DNA of 63,147 bases, filler included, from Craspedostauros australis (taxonomy: Eukaryota), in assembly GCA_030167865.1 (NCBI GenBank). It is 5 parts of 5 records of this genome, joined end to end, with 100 filler letters (N's around TTAATTAATTAA, not from the genome) between each part and the next. Parts side by side here need not be neighbours in the genome. Positions count along the whole stretch, not along the records: positions 6,477 to 12,503 come from JALAGF010004214.1; positions 12,604 to 29,194 come from JALAGF010004215.1; 3 more parts are not named here. One strand, given 5' to 3'. The position numbers and the translations under genes are program-made. Below, in pieces: positions 9,856 to 21,757 of this stretch. The notes beneath the pieces are model-generated. The model had not been told where the DNA came from and made no database searches. It saw only the letters and a list, made by a program, of their open reading frames with translations. Within the stretch, counting starts at the first letter, position 1; each line of letters begins with the position of its first letter.

Positions 9856-12503
9856 ATGATCATTTCTTCCAAGGCACTTTGGACTGGAGCCACCTTGGGC
9901 CTCCTCTCTTCTTTCACCACCGTCGGAGCCGCAACCTTTCCCGACAACGATTCCAGCGGCATCACGATGGACCGGTACTTGCACGGACCATGCCAGCTGG
10001 TCGTGGTCGACGCCATGCTCGCTCCTCCTCAAGCGGACACTGCGCAAGTCACACCGGAGTCGGATGGCATCTTCTGCAAGCTCCGTGGCAGGGATGCCGA
10101 AAATCACGGGCGCTTGAACCTCCGCATCGACGGTCTGGACATGGATTGGGTGAACGAGAACCAGGACGCTTTGTCTCCGGCTCTCGGCCATCATGGGCTG
10201 TTCTACACGGGCGCCGTCATCAACGACGAAGGTCTCCTGTTGGAGCTTCCGGAGGAGACGACCATCGATGACATGGAGATTCACACCATCTTCGTGCAGG
10301 ACGCCATCAACATTCCACCCAACGAAGACGGAGTCTCGTCTTCCATTCCGTCGATGGCCGAGACTACCAATTCGGTGCTGATCGTTCGTCCCATCTTCCA
10401 GGATGGTGAAATTCAGGAGGATTTCGTCCGTGCCAGCGTCTTCGACCAGACTCCCACATTCTTGGAACAGCACAATGCCATTTCGTTTGATCGCGTCGAA
10501 CTCATCACCAAACCAGCGCCAGGCGTGGTCAATGGGGTGTACGAGCACACCTTCAGCGAATCTATCGCAGGCAGGAACGTTTTCGACATCGAGAATATCG
10601 TCGAGGACCACCTCGTGCAGGTCGGGCTCTTTGATGAATTTGATCACTTCCTCCTCGTCTTTCCGAGTGGAACCGAGTACTTTGGATCCACGACTTGGTA
10701 TGGTAAGTTGGAAACAGGGAGCGCTCCGGCGATGAAAATGCTGCAATTGCCACCGCTGATGCCATGCACATCATCCCAAAGTTTCGTTCAATTTGCACCG
10801 GCAGCAATAGGGTTTGCCCGTGTCAACCTGCAGATTGCTGCGAAACTTGCAGTTGGAGAAAAACTCACTCACCTGCACCTCCTTCATCTATCTTTGTGCC
10901 TCCCTCACGATCGGACCCCGTTAATATCTTCAGCGTATGCGTACGTGGGACCTTCTCAAAAGATCTCCGTATACAACACCAACTTTCTCGACCCTCAACG
11001 CCATGCCATCGACGATGTTGCCACCATTCTCCATGAGATCGGCCACAACTACGGCTTGCAACATTCCAGCGAAGGAGTGTCTGAGTACGGAGATGAAAGG
11101 TAAAGCACCCACCAGCGCCGCATGCAGGATGCACCGCAGTTTTTGGCCTGCGCCTGTGCCATCGTGCCAAGTTCTCTCTCTCTCTCTGTCGCTTCGCTTC
11201 GTTTCGCTCAGTTTGGTTCCAAATGCCACCATACCACCCCTCACCACTTCCTTTGGTCCTTTTTGCCTCCGCCTGGTGCACCTACGAACCCCAAATCAAC
11301 CAACCAATGGTACCAACACCTCCGACTGCCTTCCAATCCTCAGCTGTCTGATGGGAGATTCCGATAATCCTCGAAGCGCATTCAATGGTAAGAACAAGCT
11401 CGGAGTGGAAATCACAAACGCACTGTCCGACAGCAACGAGGATATCCATTGCAATGTGCTTCTACGATACTGCGACACAAGCGCACTTGCTCACCCATTT
11501 CTTCTTCTTTACTTCATGCACGCTTCATCTACGCTTCATCTACGCTTCATCCACATTTCATGCGCACGTGTTGTGTCCTATCAAATCCGATTTTCAACAC
11601 CACCACGATGAACCGACAGCGCCAAAAAACTGGCAGCTTGGATGGTACGACAATCAAGCCCTTCAGATTGCGCCGACCCAGATGCTTTCCGACAGAATCT
11701 GCGGCGTCGTCGACTACGATACCGACGGCGACACCTCGAAGTACTCTGTTGTCGTCAAGATCGACATGCCGGGCACCGAGGACGATTACTACGTCGGCTA
11801 CAACAATCTTGTTGGATTCAACAGCCAAAACTCCGGTACCAATGCCGTCTACATCACGCGGGTTCCGTTCGGCACCGTCTTCACTCAGAAGTCCTTCGTC
11901 GAGAGCAGACTGATCGCAGCAGGCGATAACTTCGTCATCAAGCGAGGCAGCTCCCCCGACGTCAACGTCCAGCTCCGAGAGAAGGACCCATCGAGCGAGG
12001 ATGTGCGCTGCGCATTTGTCGATATCTATCCAGCCATCGGAGGAGCTGAACCATCTGCGGCGTGCGCCACTTGGCTGTACAAGTCCGCCAACAGAGTTGT
12101 CGACGACCACGAAATCATTTCCTTCCATTTTGATATCCAAATCACCAACAGCACTTATATCAGCGCGATCGATCTTGAGCTTCTGTCCATGGACAGCGAA
12201 GCAATCGCGGTGTACACGAAGCCCAGCTCCCACACGGATACGTCCATCTCTTGGACTCTCATCCAACAAACCACAATCCAAGCCGAGGGACCTAACAAAT
12301 TGACACAACTCCCCCCATTCCAAACTCCGATCAAGGCTGTCAGCGGCAGCACCATCTCCGTCCGCGTCGACGTCATGAACGGCGTGCCCGAGAATGGCGA
12401 GACAAGTAGCTCCCTCCCATCGTCACACCCACCAACAGCATATTCGTGCCCAGACTGTCCATTCGAGGTGCTTCTCGGAAGAGGATACACCAGCATGGCC
12501 TTC
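9856..12503 (+). CDS. Secreted metzincin metalloprotease, gametolysin/peptidase M11-like, 3'-truncated by the gap
   Basis: Signal peptide, zinc motif HEIGHNYGLQHS, Met-turn SCLMG, and FNAPKNWQLGWY after splicing. Exons are 9856-10702, 10934-11099, 11344-11387 and 11620->12503, all with GT..AG introns. Confidence 0.88.
11520..11551 (+). repeat. Tandem 11-mer (ACGCTTCATCT) x~3 in M11 intron 3
   Basis: Read directly from the sequence. Confidence 0.85.
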
Positions 12504-12603
12504 NNNNNNNNNNNNNNNNNNNNNNNNNNNNNNNNNNNNNNNNNNNNTTAATTAATTAANNNNNNNNNNNNNNNNNNNNNNNNNNNNNNNNNNNNNNNNN
12601 NNN
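12504..12603. other. Artificial scaffold spacer
   Basis: N44-TTAATTAATTAA-N44. Confidence 0.98.
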
Positions 12604-14079
12604 TTGCAACTCCTTGAGCCACTTGGGATTCTTCATGATGAAATCCTCCTTCATGAGCTCCTCTCCGGTCTTGATATCGTTCGCCGTCACGTTCAAACGG
12701 CACTGATCCGGCAGATCGTGCTTGTTGATATCGGACGGCCGCTGTCCCAGCCACATGATGTCCGGTGTCGTGAGGCTCGCGCTGTCGTAGCTCATGTTCT
12801 TGCTTCCGGACATGTAGATGGAAAGAATCTTCAATCCGTACGGATCCGAATCCACCAATCCCAACACAGGGATTTTCAACTCCGTGGTGATCCTGGAAAG
12901 GAACATGCGCGTCGCAACATCGGGCTGTCCCTTAGCCGTGATGACGATGCACGGGTACTTGTTGTAAAAGCGGTCCTCCTCAAGAGCAGCATGCGGTTTG
13001 GTAGGAGGCGCAGTGTACACGGTGTAGGACATGCATGCACAGAGTGCGCGGAGGAATGGTGTGAGTGGATGTATGGAATGTAGCACATTGAGATCCAATC
13101 AATGGACAGACTTTGCTTTCCTCCTTCTACGCAACTCCAAATGAATGATTCAACACTGTCATGAGCACTGCCGTGAACACAACTGTGAACATCTCCCGCA
13201 ACGCGAGTACGCACAGGCACGATAACACAGGCAGTCCCGCGCTTCTGGAGAGAGAGAGAGAGCGATACATTATCCCCACCCCCTCGAACGTCCCGCCAAT
13301 CGCATGTAAGCGGCTTCCTTCTCGACCAGCAGCACGAACTCGGCGTCGCTGCGGATGTTCTCAATCTTATCGATGTACGGCGGAATCGCCTTGCCGCCCA
13401 CCCCCATGCGCGTGCAGTCGATGGGATCGCCATCTTCCTCGAACTGGATGCGCCCCACCACCAACCCCTTGTCGCTGGCCACGACGTGCAAATTGCTGCG
13501 CGTGCAGCCGATCATGGTGGCGACGTCGTCCAGCACGTTGTCGGACTCCGTCTGATCCACAAAGAGCTTGACGTCAGTGTAAAAGAGATCGCGCTTGGTG
13601 ATGTGGATGCTCTTGCGCAGCACCTGGTGCAGCAGCTGCATGACGCGCAGCGTGATGGCCGACTTGCGCGATTCCTTGACGTTGATGAAGGTGCGCGTGG
13701 ATCGTTTGCCGCCCAGCACGATGCGATCCCACTCCTTGACGTAGATCTGGTTCGTGGCCGTGCGGCTCGGCACGCTCATGGTGAATCCCTGCTTGTTGAG
13801 GACCTGCTGCGTGATGCGGATCGCGACGTCCTCGATGCCGTCCAGCACCTCGTGGGAGGTGAGCTCCTGGACTTCGACGATGCCGTCCGGGATGCCGTCG
13901 TTGGGGGCTGCGGACAGGTCATCGCTGCGGATGGCGTCCTCCTTCTTCTTGAGCAGCTCCATCTTCAGCTTGCGACATGGTTTCAGCACCTGGTCGATGT
14001 CCTTGGCGATCGCGACGGTTGCTCGTTTGCGGCCTTTGCCGGTGTCCGCCGAGCGGCCGCGCTTGCGTCTTGATGACAT
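12604..14079 (-). CDS. TOP6A: TOP6A/SPO11-3, 5' part, 3'-truncated by the gap
   Basis: Start MSSRRKRG at 14079. Exon 1 is 14079-13294 and exon 2 is 12978->12604. The N-terminus contains [17 protein letters not shown], typical of plant and algal TOP6A. Confidence 0.93.
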
Positions 14080-14585
14080 GTTGCGTTGGGTGATGCGATG
14101 GCGTTGGTGTAGTCCTTTGCGTGGTTGTCGATGTTGTGCTGTAAGTGGGATCGAGCACGGTTTGTCGCAACCGAAAGAAGGGTGGATGCAAGTGTTGATG
14201 ATGATGAAGCAGTTCGCACAGAAAGAGTGTGTGGAACCTGAAAGATTTGGATTTTGGTTTCGAGTTTGGTTGCGTTTGTTTTCGGTCTTTTGCGCGAATC
14301 GTGTTGGCGCCATTTTCTGTCGTCCGTCCGTGCGCCCGCTCCATTCCGCTTCTCTCTGCGATAATTCGGCACTATCCACTACTACCGCCCGTTCTTGCTG
14401 GTATCTATCGCCAATGTTGAAGTCATGGACAGTAACTCGGAGCAATTATATTATATTTCATTGTATCATATTCTATAATATAAGACATGCTGCCAACCAT
14501 TCATGTCTTCTCCGCATTGATGCTCGTGCGACTGCGAGAAAATGATGATCATCATCAGTTGTCGTGCGCACGATCAGTGCACCGC

Positions 14586-15602
14586 TTACAACCGAACGAA
14601 TGTACCGCCAGCACCACTTCCCGTTCCGGCCGCACCGCCGGCCAGAACCTCCTTGACCAAGGCATGCGGAACGCGTCCATCCGTGATGAAGGCGCCGCCG
14701 ACACCCAGCTTGACGGCGCTGGTGGCGTAGCTGACCTTGGGGATCATGCCGCCCGTGATGGTCTCGTCGTCGATGAGGGCGTCGACGTCGTCGCAGCTCA
14801 AGTTGGGCAGCAGCTCCATCTCCTTGTCCAGAACGCCGGCGATATCCGTCAAGAACAAAGCGCGCGCCGCCTTGAGCTCGCCGGCGATGCGTCCCGCCGC
14901 CACGTCCGCGTTGACGTTGTAGGCAATGTCCTTCTCGGCCCCGATGCCCGTTCCGATCGGCGCGATGACGGGCGTGATTCCCATGTCGAGCAGGTCGTTG
15001 AGCAGATCCGTGTTGACCGTCTCGACTTCGCCCACGAAGCCCAGATCGTACCCGTTCTTATCGACCTTCTTGACGCACTGCAGCAAGGAATCGTCGCGTC
15101 CCGACAATCCCACGGCCCGGCCACCCGAACTGCAGATGGTCGATGCGATCTCCTTGTTGACGGATCCGCACAGCACCATCTCGGCGACGTCGACGACCTC
15201 CTTTGACGAGACGCGCATGCCGCCCTCGAAGCGGCTCTCGACGCCGACCGTTTCGAGCATGGCGTTGATCTGGGGACCGCCGCCGTGCACGACGACGACG
15301 CGGATGCCCAGGTTCTGCAGCGTGGCGACGTCCTCGCAGAAGCCGGCCTTCAGTTCGGGCGACGTCATGGCGTTGCCGCCGTACTTCACGACGACGGTGC
15401 GGCCCTGCAGGGACGATGCGGCATCGGAGATGGTCTTGGCGTTGTCGGCGAAGGATTCGTGCAACGTTGTTGTGGTTGCGCACGATGACGGCAACGTTGA
15501 GAATGCCATTGGAGCGAAGGCATCGGCCGTCGTCATCAAGTAGGTGGACGTCATCGTCCAAGCCGCGATGGCGCTGCTCATGGAAAGGACACCAAACTTC
15601 AT
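14586..15602 (-). CDS. argB: Acetylglutamate kinase, plastid-targeted
   Basis: Motifs VVKYGGNAM, VVHGGGPQI, YNVNADVAAG and GGMIPK. Signal peptide ending ADA-FAP followed by a Ser/Thr-rich transit peptide. Single exon. Confidence 0.96.
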   Translation of the reverse strand: MKFGVLSMSSAIAAWTMTSTYLMTTADAFAPMAFSTLPSSCATTTTLHESFADNAKTISDAASSLQGRTVVVKYGGNAMTSPELKAGFCEDVATLQNLGIRVVVVHGGGPQINAMLETVGVESRFEGGMRVSSKEVVDVAEMVLCGSVNKEIASTICSSGGRAVGLSGRDDSLLQCVKKVDKNGYDLGFVGEVETVNTDLLNDLLDMGITPVIAPIGTGIGAEKDIAYNVNADVAAGRIAGELKAARALFLTDIAGVLDKEMELLPNLSCDDVDALIDDETITGGMIPKVSYATSAVKLGVGGAFITDGRVPHALVKEVLAGGAAGTGSGAGGTFVRL

Positions 15603-16107
15603 CTTGGCGGAATAGCAATGTCGAGTACGTGAGTACAACAGATGAAGAATGTGATGAATGCAATGATTGTGACAATGATCGGAATGTGGAGAAACGTGTT
15701 GTTGGTTCTCAGAGTGGCGAACCTGAACGCAGAAACGTTTGTGGTGGTTGACGTGCGTTTCGCAAAAGATTGTTCGCAATCGAGTCTCGAATCCAAGCAC
15801 ATTCGTGAATGAGATGACAGATAGGCGGAGGTCTGTCCGTCGGTGCGTGGTCGCAATTGTGAGTGTTGTTGTTGTTGGCGCCAACCAACCAAACAAGGAT
15901 TGTGATGAGATGCAAAAAGAGGAAATGGAACGAAAGGAAACCAAACTTCGTGACGGTGGCCTCTTCATCATCCCAAAGAACCCATCAACCGATCCGTCAA
16001 GAGGACTTGTGTGCAGAGTAGCCGTTGCATCCACTAAACTACACTATCCTAGTCGCAATACAGACATCTCACATTAGAACGAACAAAGAAACAAAGGCGG
16101 CACCAAC

Positions 16108-17638
16108 ATGGCGAAATCGAAGCGGAAATCACCGAAGAAGAAGCAGGCTGCTGCCAAGCCCAAGATCACCATGAAGGACATCGAGGCCATGTCGGATTCC
16201 GACGATGACGGCAGTGCCGACGTTGCCTTGAACAGCAAGGCGATGGAGTTGAAGCGCATCATTGAGAGCGGTCAATTCGATCAGCTTCTGGACAAACAGA
16301 AGGATGATGACGAATCGGAATCGGAAATTGAAGAAGTTGTTTTGGGCGATGATGACAATGATGATGACGCTGATGACGCTGATGATGACAATAACGACAA
16401 TGATGATGTGAGCGAAGAGGAGGACGAGGAGGAAGAGGCTGACAGCATGGAAGACAAAGGAGAAGACGAAGGGGAGAATGAAGAGGAAGAATTGGATCAG
16501 AGCGAGGAAGCCAAGAAGGCACGAGCGTTCCTGGCAGGCGGTGCAGAACCCAATGATGACGATGATAGCGATGACGAAAATAGTGATGGCAGCGACAACG
16601 AGGATGATGAAAAGAAGGGTGGCATTCGCCATCGCAACGCCCTCAGTTCCAAGGCTCTCACAATCGTCACGAAGGAATTGAAGTCACAAAAGGCGGGTGT
16701 GCCGTGGCCTGAAACGTTCGACGTGCTGTCCTCAGAGCCACTGCCATTCGGAAGAGATCCCACAGGCAACCCATTGGATGTTCATGACGATCTGAAACGA
16801 GAGGTCATCTTCTACAACATGGCGTTGGATGCCGTCAAGCAGGCGCGCGTCAAGTGTCGAGATGCCAAGATTCCATTCTCGCGACCAGATGATTTCTTTG
16901 CGGAGATGGTCAAGACGGATGGTACGTCCGTCCACTGTTTGGCTTGCTTCGTTGTTGCCATTGACTTATGCACGATGCGTTATGGGATGGTCATGCCACT
17001 CCATTGCTCACAAATGCGATCTGATTTCTGAAATTATATGTTGGAGCACTCGCATGCACGAGTGTGGACTGGTCTGTTTGCATCCCGCATCTCTAACACA
17101 CATACCAACTTGCTGCCTCTCTCCCTTTCATTCGCCACACTCGTATCCATGCCATCTATCCATTACAGAACACATGGCCCGTGTCAAGGATCGCCTCATC
17201 TTCGAAGGCAAGAAGATCGATGCCGTGGCACAGCGCAAATCTAACAAGGAGCAGAAACTGCGTTCGAAGGAATCGCACGCCAACAAGCTCGTCGAGAAGG
17301 CCAAGCGCAAGCGCGACCATTTCAAGCAGGTCGAGGATTGGGCCAAGTCGGCCGCTCAGAATCGTGGTAACATCCTGGACGACGACGCCGATGATCAGTA
17401 CCTACAACGCATGGGCGGCGGCGCCAACAAGAAGCGTCAGGCCGCGAATCGAAAATACGGATTTGGTGGCAAGCGCGGGCGATTCAAGCAGAACGACCGC
17501 TCCACATTGAATGACACATCGTCCTTCAATCCGAGAGGGAACTTTGCGGGTGGCATGAAGAAGTCGGGAGGTGGCAGCGGCGGTGCCAACCGGAAAGGCA
17601 AGCGTGCCCGGGATGCATCGAGGGCGCGTAGATCGTAA
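16108..17638 (+). CDS. EBP2: rRNA-processing protein Ebp2
   Basis: Acidic N-terminus, DDLKREVIFY, PFSRPDDFFAEMVKTD|EHMARVK and KYGFGGKR. Exons are 16108-16921 and 17169-17638 (GTACGT..CAG). Confidence 0.94.
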
Positions 17639-17789
17639 TCATACTGGTATGTATGTACGTATGTGCGTATGTATGGTAGACCAGCAAATTGTTTCCGTTT
17701 ACGAATGCACGCACTCATTGAACTGACTGTGTGGAATAAGACTTGACTATCCGACATGAAAGCGACATCTCCACCATTTTTTGCTCGCA

Positions 17790-19094
17790 TCACGTTGGAA
17801 ACGACGGAACAGGAATGATCGGCGCAGGATCCTCCACGTTGAGAATCTTGGGCGATGGCCCGCACATCACGTCCCCATTCGCCTTGACGATCTCTGGACA
17901 CTTCGAGCGAAGTTCCTCGCAACTCGCGTGCGCATCCTTCGCATCCAAGTTTGCAGACGTTCGGATCAGCCACAGATACGTTCGCAGTTCCTCGCACAGT
18001 GCTCGACATAGATACGGGAAGGACTCGGAGCTGACGGCGCTGTTGGATTGATGCTGTCGCACGACGTTGAAATAGTCGGCGTCATTCGCACTTCGCGGTG
18101 TGCTGAGAGATGCATTCGCTTGCTTACCATCAAAGAGGGACTCGAGGTGAGCCCAATCTTGCTGCAGATGCTCCGATCGAATGACGAGGATGGTAGGCGG
18201 TGATATTGTGGAGGTGTTGGGGTCGATGTTATGCGAAGAACGCATCGCATGCTCCATCCAACGCCTGTAGTATCCGTAGTTGTAAAGATTGTGATACTGG
18301 TAGCCAACCGCCCCGACGATTGCCTGATAGGCTCGTTTCGCACAGACCAACGAGTATCGAGGGTCCGATACTGCAGTGTCAGCAATCGTGCCGTTATAGC
18401 CATAGTCATAGTCGAAGGCTATCCTCAATCCGATCTGGGCCAAATCGTCCAAGGAGGCGTAACAATCGCGAAATAGAGCAGGACGGTTGCCATCCATCTC
18501 ATCGACGTTGGTCATATTCCAATGCTCGTACTGAAACCACGACGCGATGCGATCCAACGGGTTGCGCGTCGTGAACAACCAGGTGTCAATGATCGATGAC
18601 GATCGTTGGTTCTTGCGCAGGCATCCCCAATCGCGGTTCTTATGCAGCTTGCCCTTGGCCATCCTCATGAATCTGGATCGCCTTGTGATGCCCGTCGCCA
18701 ATGGGCAATTCTTGGCCATGCGTTTGCCACCCAACCGGCACGAGATGGTGCCACCGGCGGTCTTACCGACGTGCACGATGCAGAACGGACCGAAGGTTGG
18801 ATGGGTGTGGTTGGTGGAATTGACATGCTCTCGCCCGAGTATGTTCGACGTGTTATTCGCATTTGTCGTCACATTCGCGATGCCATTCTTTGGGGTTGTG
18901 TCGTCGTCAACAATTGGAGATCGAGTTTTGGGACTTTCTGACTGCAATTGATCGACCACCTGCAGGAGAGATGACGCCGAGTCTTGTCTTGTCCAACAGC
19001 CAACTGCGAGCTGGAAGCAGATCAACGCTGCGATGGAAATGAGGACGGTTGCTCGCAGTTGCCATGCAACACCCATCTTTGATTGCGCAGACAT
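17790..19094 (-). CDS. Sulfotransferase-like type II membrane protein
   Basis: N-terminal hydrophobic anchor plus stem. 5'-PSB-like HVGKTAGGT and 3'-PB-like RNPLDRIASWF motifs. 434-aa single-exon ORF. Confidence 0.75.
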   Translation of the reverse strand: MSAQSKMGVAWQLRATVLISIAALICFQLAVGCWTRQDSASSLLQVVDQLQSESPKTRSPIVDDDTTPKNGIANVTTNANNTSNILGREHVNSTNHTHPTFGPFCIVHVGKTAGGTISCRLGGKRMAKNCPLATGITRRSRFMRMAKGKLHKNRDWGCLRKNQRSSSIIDTWLFTTRNPLDRIASWFQYEHWNMTNVDEMDGNRPALFRDCYASLDDLAQIGLRIAFDYDYGYNGTIADTAVSDPRYSLVCAKRAYQAIVGAVGYQYHNLYNYGYYRRWMEHAMRSSHNIDPNTSTISPPTILVIRSEHLQQDWAHLESLFDGKQANASLSTPRSANDADYFNVVRQHQSNSAVSSESFPYLCRALCEELRTYLWLIRTSANLDAKDAHASCEELRSKCPEIVKANGDVMCGPSPKILNVEDPAPIIPVPSFPT

Positions 19095-19720
19095 CGTTGA
19101 TGGGAATCATCCAGCGATGATCCGATCCGCGCAATCTTGAATCATCGCTTGCAGCCACCAATCAGAGTAGTAGTGGAGTTGTATCTTCCACCAAAGTGAA
19201 AGCGTGTAGTCGTCTGGTACCAATACTGCGAACGTCTCAACTGGGACTCATCCACCGCCACAACTCGTCCACAACAGGTCGCTACCGCAGCCAGTTGTGT
19301 GATAAGAGTGCGTTCTTCTACGATCGCATCTTCATCGCCATTGCTCCGATGGTTGCTGCCGCTCTGTTCCCGTAGTCGTAAGCGACTGCCGTCGCCATGG
19401 TCGATTCGATTTCCTCCTCTTGTCCATGTTGACAACAGACGCAGTCATCACACAAACACCATTCGAGTCATGGATAAAATACTCGCACAAAATGACCTTG
19501 AGTTGTCGCTTCGATCTGATTGGTTGAAATGATACCTTCTCAAAAATCGAAAAGTGAGAGGGAAAGATGGAAACCATGACACTGCGAAAACCACGTAGGA
19601 ATGTGTGCATGAAACTGCTCTTCACTTTTTAACGCGGTGCGATGCTGTATTTCTTGTTTGTTATGAGTGCGATACAGCAAGCAGATAGAACAAGGCAGAG
19701 TCGTTGATGCTATTGTCGTT

Positions 19721-19756
19721 CTTGCCATCGCTCTCTTGCCATCGCTCTCTTGCCAT
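19721..19756 (+). repeat. Tandem 14-mer (CTTGCCATCGCTCT) x~2.5 in the divergent sulfotransferase/Myb intergenic region
   Basis: Read directly from the sequence. Confidence 0.8.
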
Positions 19757-19963
19757 GGTTGCCCGCATTTCCAGAATTCGTTGTCGTCGCATTCCGACCC
19801 ATCAACAGCCGAAGGCACCTCCATCACATCGCATGCTTCGTCGCTGCATCGCAATCGTAGCAGCTGACATCAGTTTCGACATCCAAACAGGACATTCCTT
19901 CTGCCACACCAACGCAGCCGTGCCCCAGTATTTCACCTTCTGCTTTCACAGATCATCGCAAAG

Positions 19964-21400
19964 ATGAATCAGACCAACATTCCTTCGTCATGGGAACAGC
20001 AGAATGGAGGGCGTGCATCCTCAGTGAACGTCGAGCTTGCCGTGCCATCAACATGCGATGCAGGGCAGGCCGCAGCGGTCTCTGCCACCGCAGCATCGAC
20101 TAATCGCAGGTTCAGCCGAGGGATGTGGACGCCGGAGGTGAGTCATTTGACTGCGTCTCCAAAGGCTGAGAATGGATGCGCACGATTGGATTCGAGTGTA
20201 GCGCCGACCTGGTTCACTGGCACTCATCATCCATCCATCCATCCATTCATCCATCCGTTCCTTCTCTTGCTGGTGCCACTGACTTGCAACGTATGGTTGC
20301 TCGTTGTCACTTTCGCGGCCTCTCCATTTCTCCACAATGGCGTCCTTTCGCGCATCGACATCCAAATCTCACAGGAAGATGCTCGCTTGAGCCAAATCGT
20401 GGATTGGTACAACGACAGCGGGCAACGGATGCAATGGCAAATGATAGCCTTAGCACATGGGCATGGCCGCACCAACAAGCAATGCCGTGAGCGTTGGAAC
20501 GAGCAGCTCCGCCCCAATGTCAAGAAAGGCAACTGGTCTGTGGAGGAGATGCAAGCGATCGACGACATGTACAGGGCAATGGGATCCAAGTGAGTGCTTC
20601 TTACGTGTGGTGCAGATGCTGGTGTTCATTGTTTTGAGGTCTGTTAGTCCCGAACATATCTGTCTGCTTCCTGTGCGTACACTTCAAGTCACGCACGTAC
20701 CTTTTCATCGTCTCGACGTTGCAATATCGACGAGAAAGTTGCTTTGCAATGGCCGCAGTCTTCACAGGCAATTCATAGTTTCTCACGACTTCTCCATTTC
20801 TCGTCATCTCTTTGTGCGCCACCATTTCATCTTCCAACACGCCGTCGCAATCCCGCTGTTGTCTCGTCCTCGTTCTCATGTCGCGCCTCGCCAAGGTGGT
20901 CCGTGATGGCCAAGGTAATGAAGAACCGAACGGCGAATGCCATCAAGAACAAATGGTACTCCATGCAACGAGCCATCTGTTCCGCCCATAGAAAGAGCAT
21001 GAGGCATGCCCAGAGATACGCGCGGATACTGGCGCAACAGGGGCTGCACGAGCTCCCAGCACAACTCTGCGACGAAGCCAAGGAGACGACTCGTGCCGCT
21101 GAAATGCCCGAAGCTGTTGAGGAGCACCAGCCCTCCCAAGGCTTGGATCTCCTGAGTGGTGCATGTTCCTCAGACTCGACCAGCATGTCGCCGATCCCAT
21201 GGCGCCATCCTCCGTGCACTTCTACCACGCAACCAGCATCCAAGCCTCCTGCGCGTACGTGTGCGAGTACGCAGACTCGTCCCGGGAAGGCCCGCAAAAA
21301 GCCACGTGCGAGGATCGCCTACGATGGATCTTCCTTGTGGGATCCCAACGCCAAGTTCGATTTCAGCTCTTGGAGTGAAGAGAAGATGTCCAAAGTTTGA
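19964..21400 (+). CDS. Two-repeat (R2R3-type) Myb transcription factor
   Basis: Motifs GMWTPE|EDARL, GRTNKQCRERWNEQLRP, KKGNWSVEE, GSK|WSVMAK and RTANAIKNKWY. Exons are 19964-20137, 20375-20589 and 20896-21400. Confidence 0.92.
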
Positions 21401-21757
21401 CGGAATCGTGTCATCAGTTCTTGATTGCAGAGGAAGCGCGCATCGAAGATCGTCTGGTCGACACTCTCCTGATTGGTTGCGACGAGTGCTTTGGAAGTCC
21501 TTGTGCACATACAATGTCTTTTTGATACCGAATAACCCTACTTTAGCAAATGGAGTGCACGAAAAGAAGCCAGCATCATCGTACTGTTCTGCGTTGACTT
21601 GCGTTGATTTGTATTGCACCATGCCAAGCCATGCCGAGCCATGCCACGTCACGCCATGTCGAAGTAGAGAGATAGAGAGGGAGAGCATGAGGATGATGTG
21701 CGTTAACGGTGGACTTTCAGAGGCTCTGTCATACGTACGTTCCCCTTTCCAAACAAG

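Larger units (their letters stand above)
6477..13714. repeat. Inverted duplicate of 1111 bp: 6477-7587 is the reverse complement of 12604-13714
   Basis: Identical ORF translations on opposite strands (paired coordinates sum to 20191). Both copies abut a gap. Confidence 0.92.

Noticed and set aside
9688..10746. 352-aa antisense ORF
   Set aside because: It mirrors the M11 coding strand and is explained by codon bias.
14080..14445. N-terminal extension of the TOP6A ORF
   Set aside because: Non-ATG start and UTR-like composition; the plausible start is 14079.
15603..16034. N-terminal extension of the argB ORF
   Set aside because: Non-ATG start; the signal peptide begins at the ATG at 15602.
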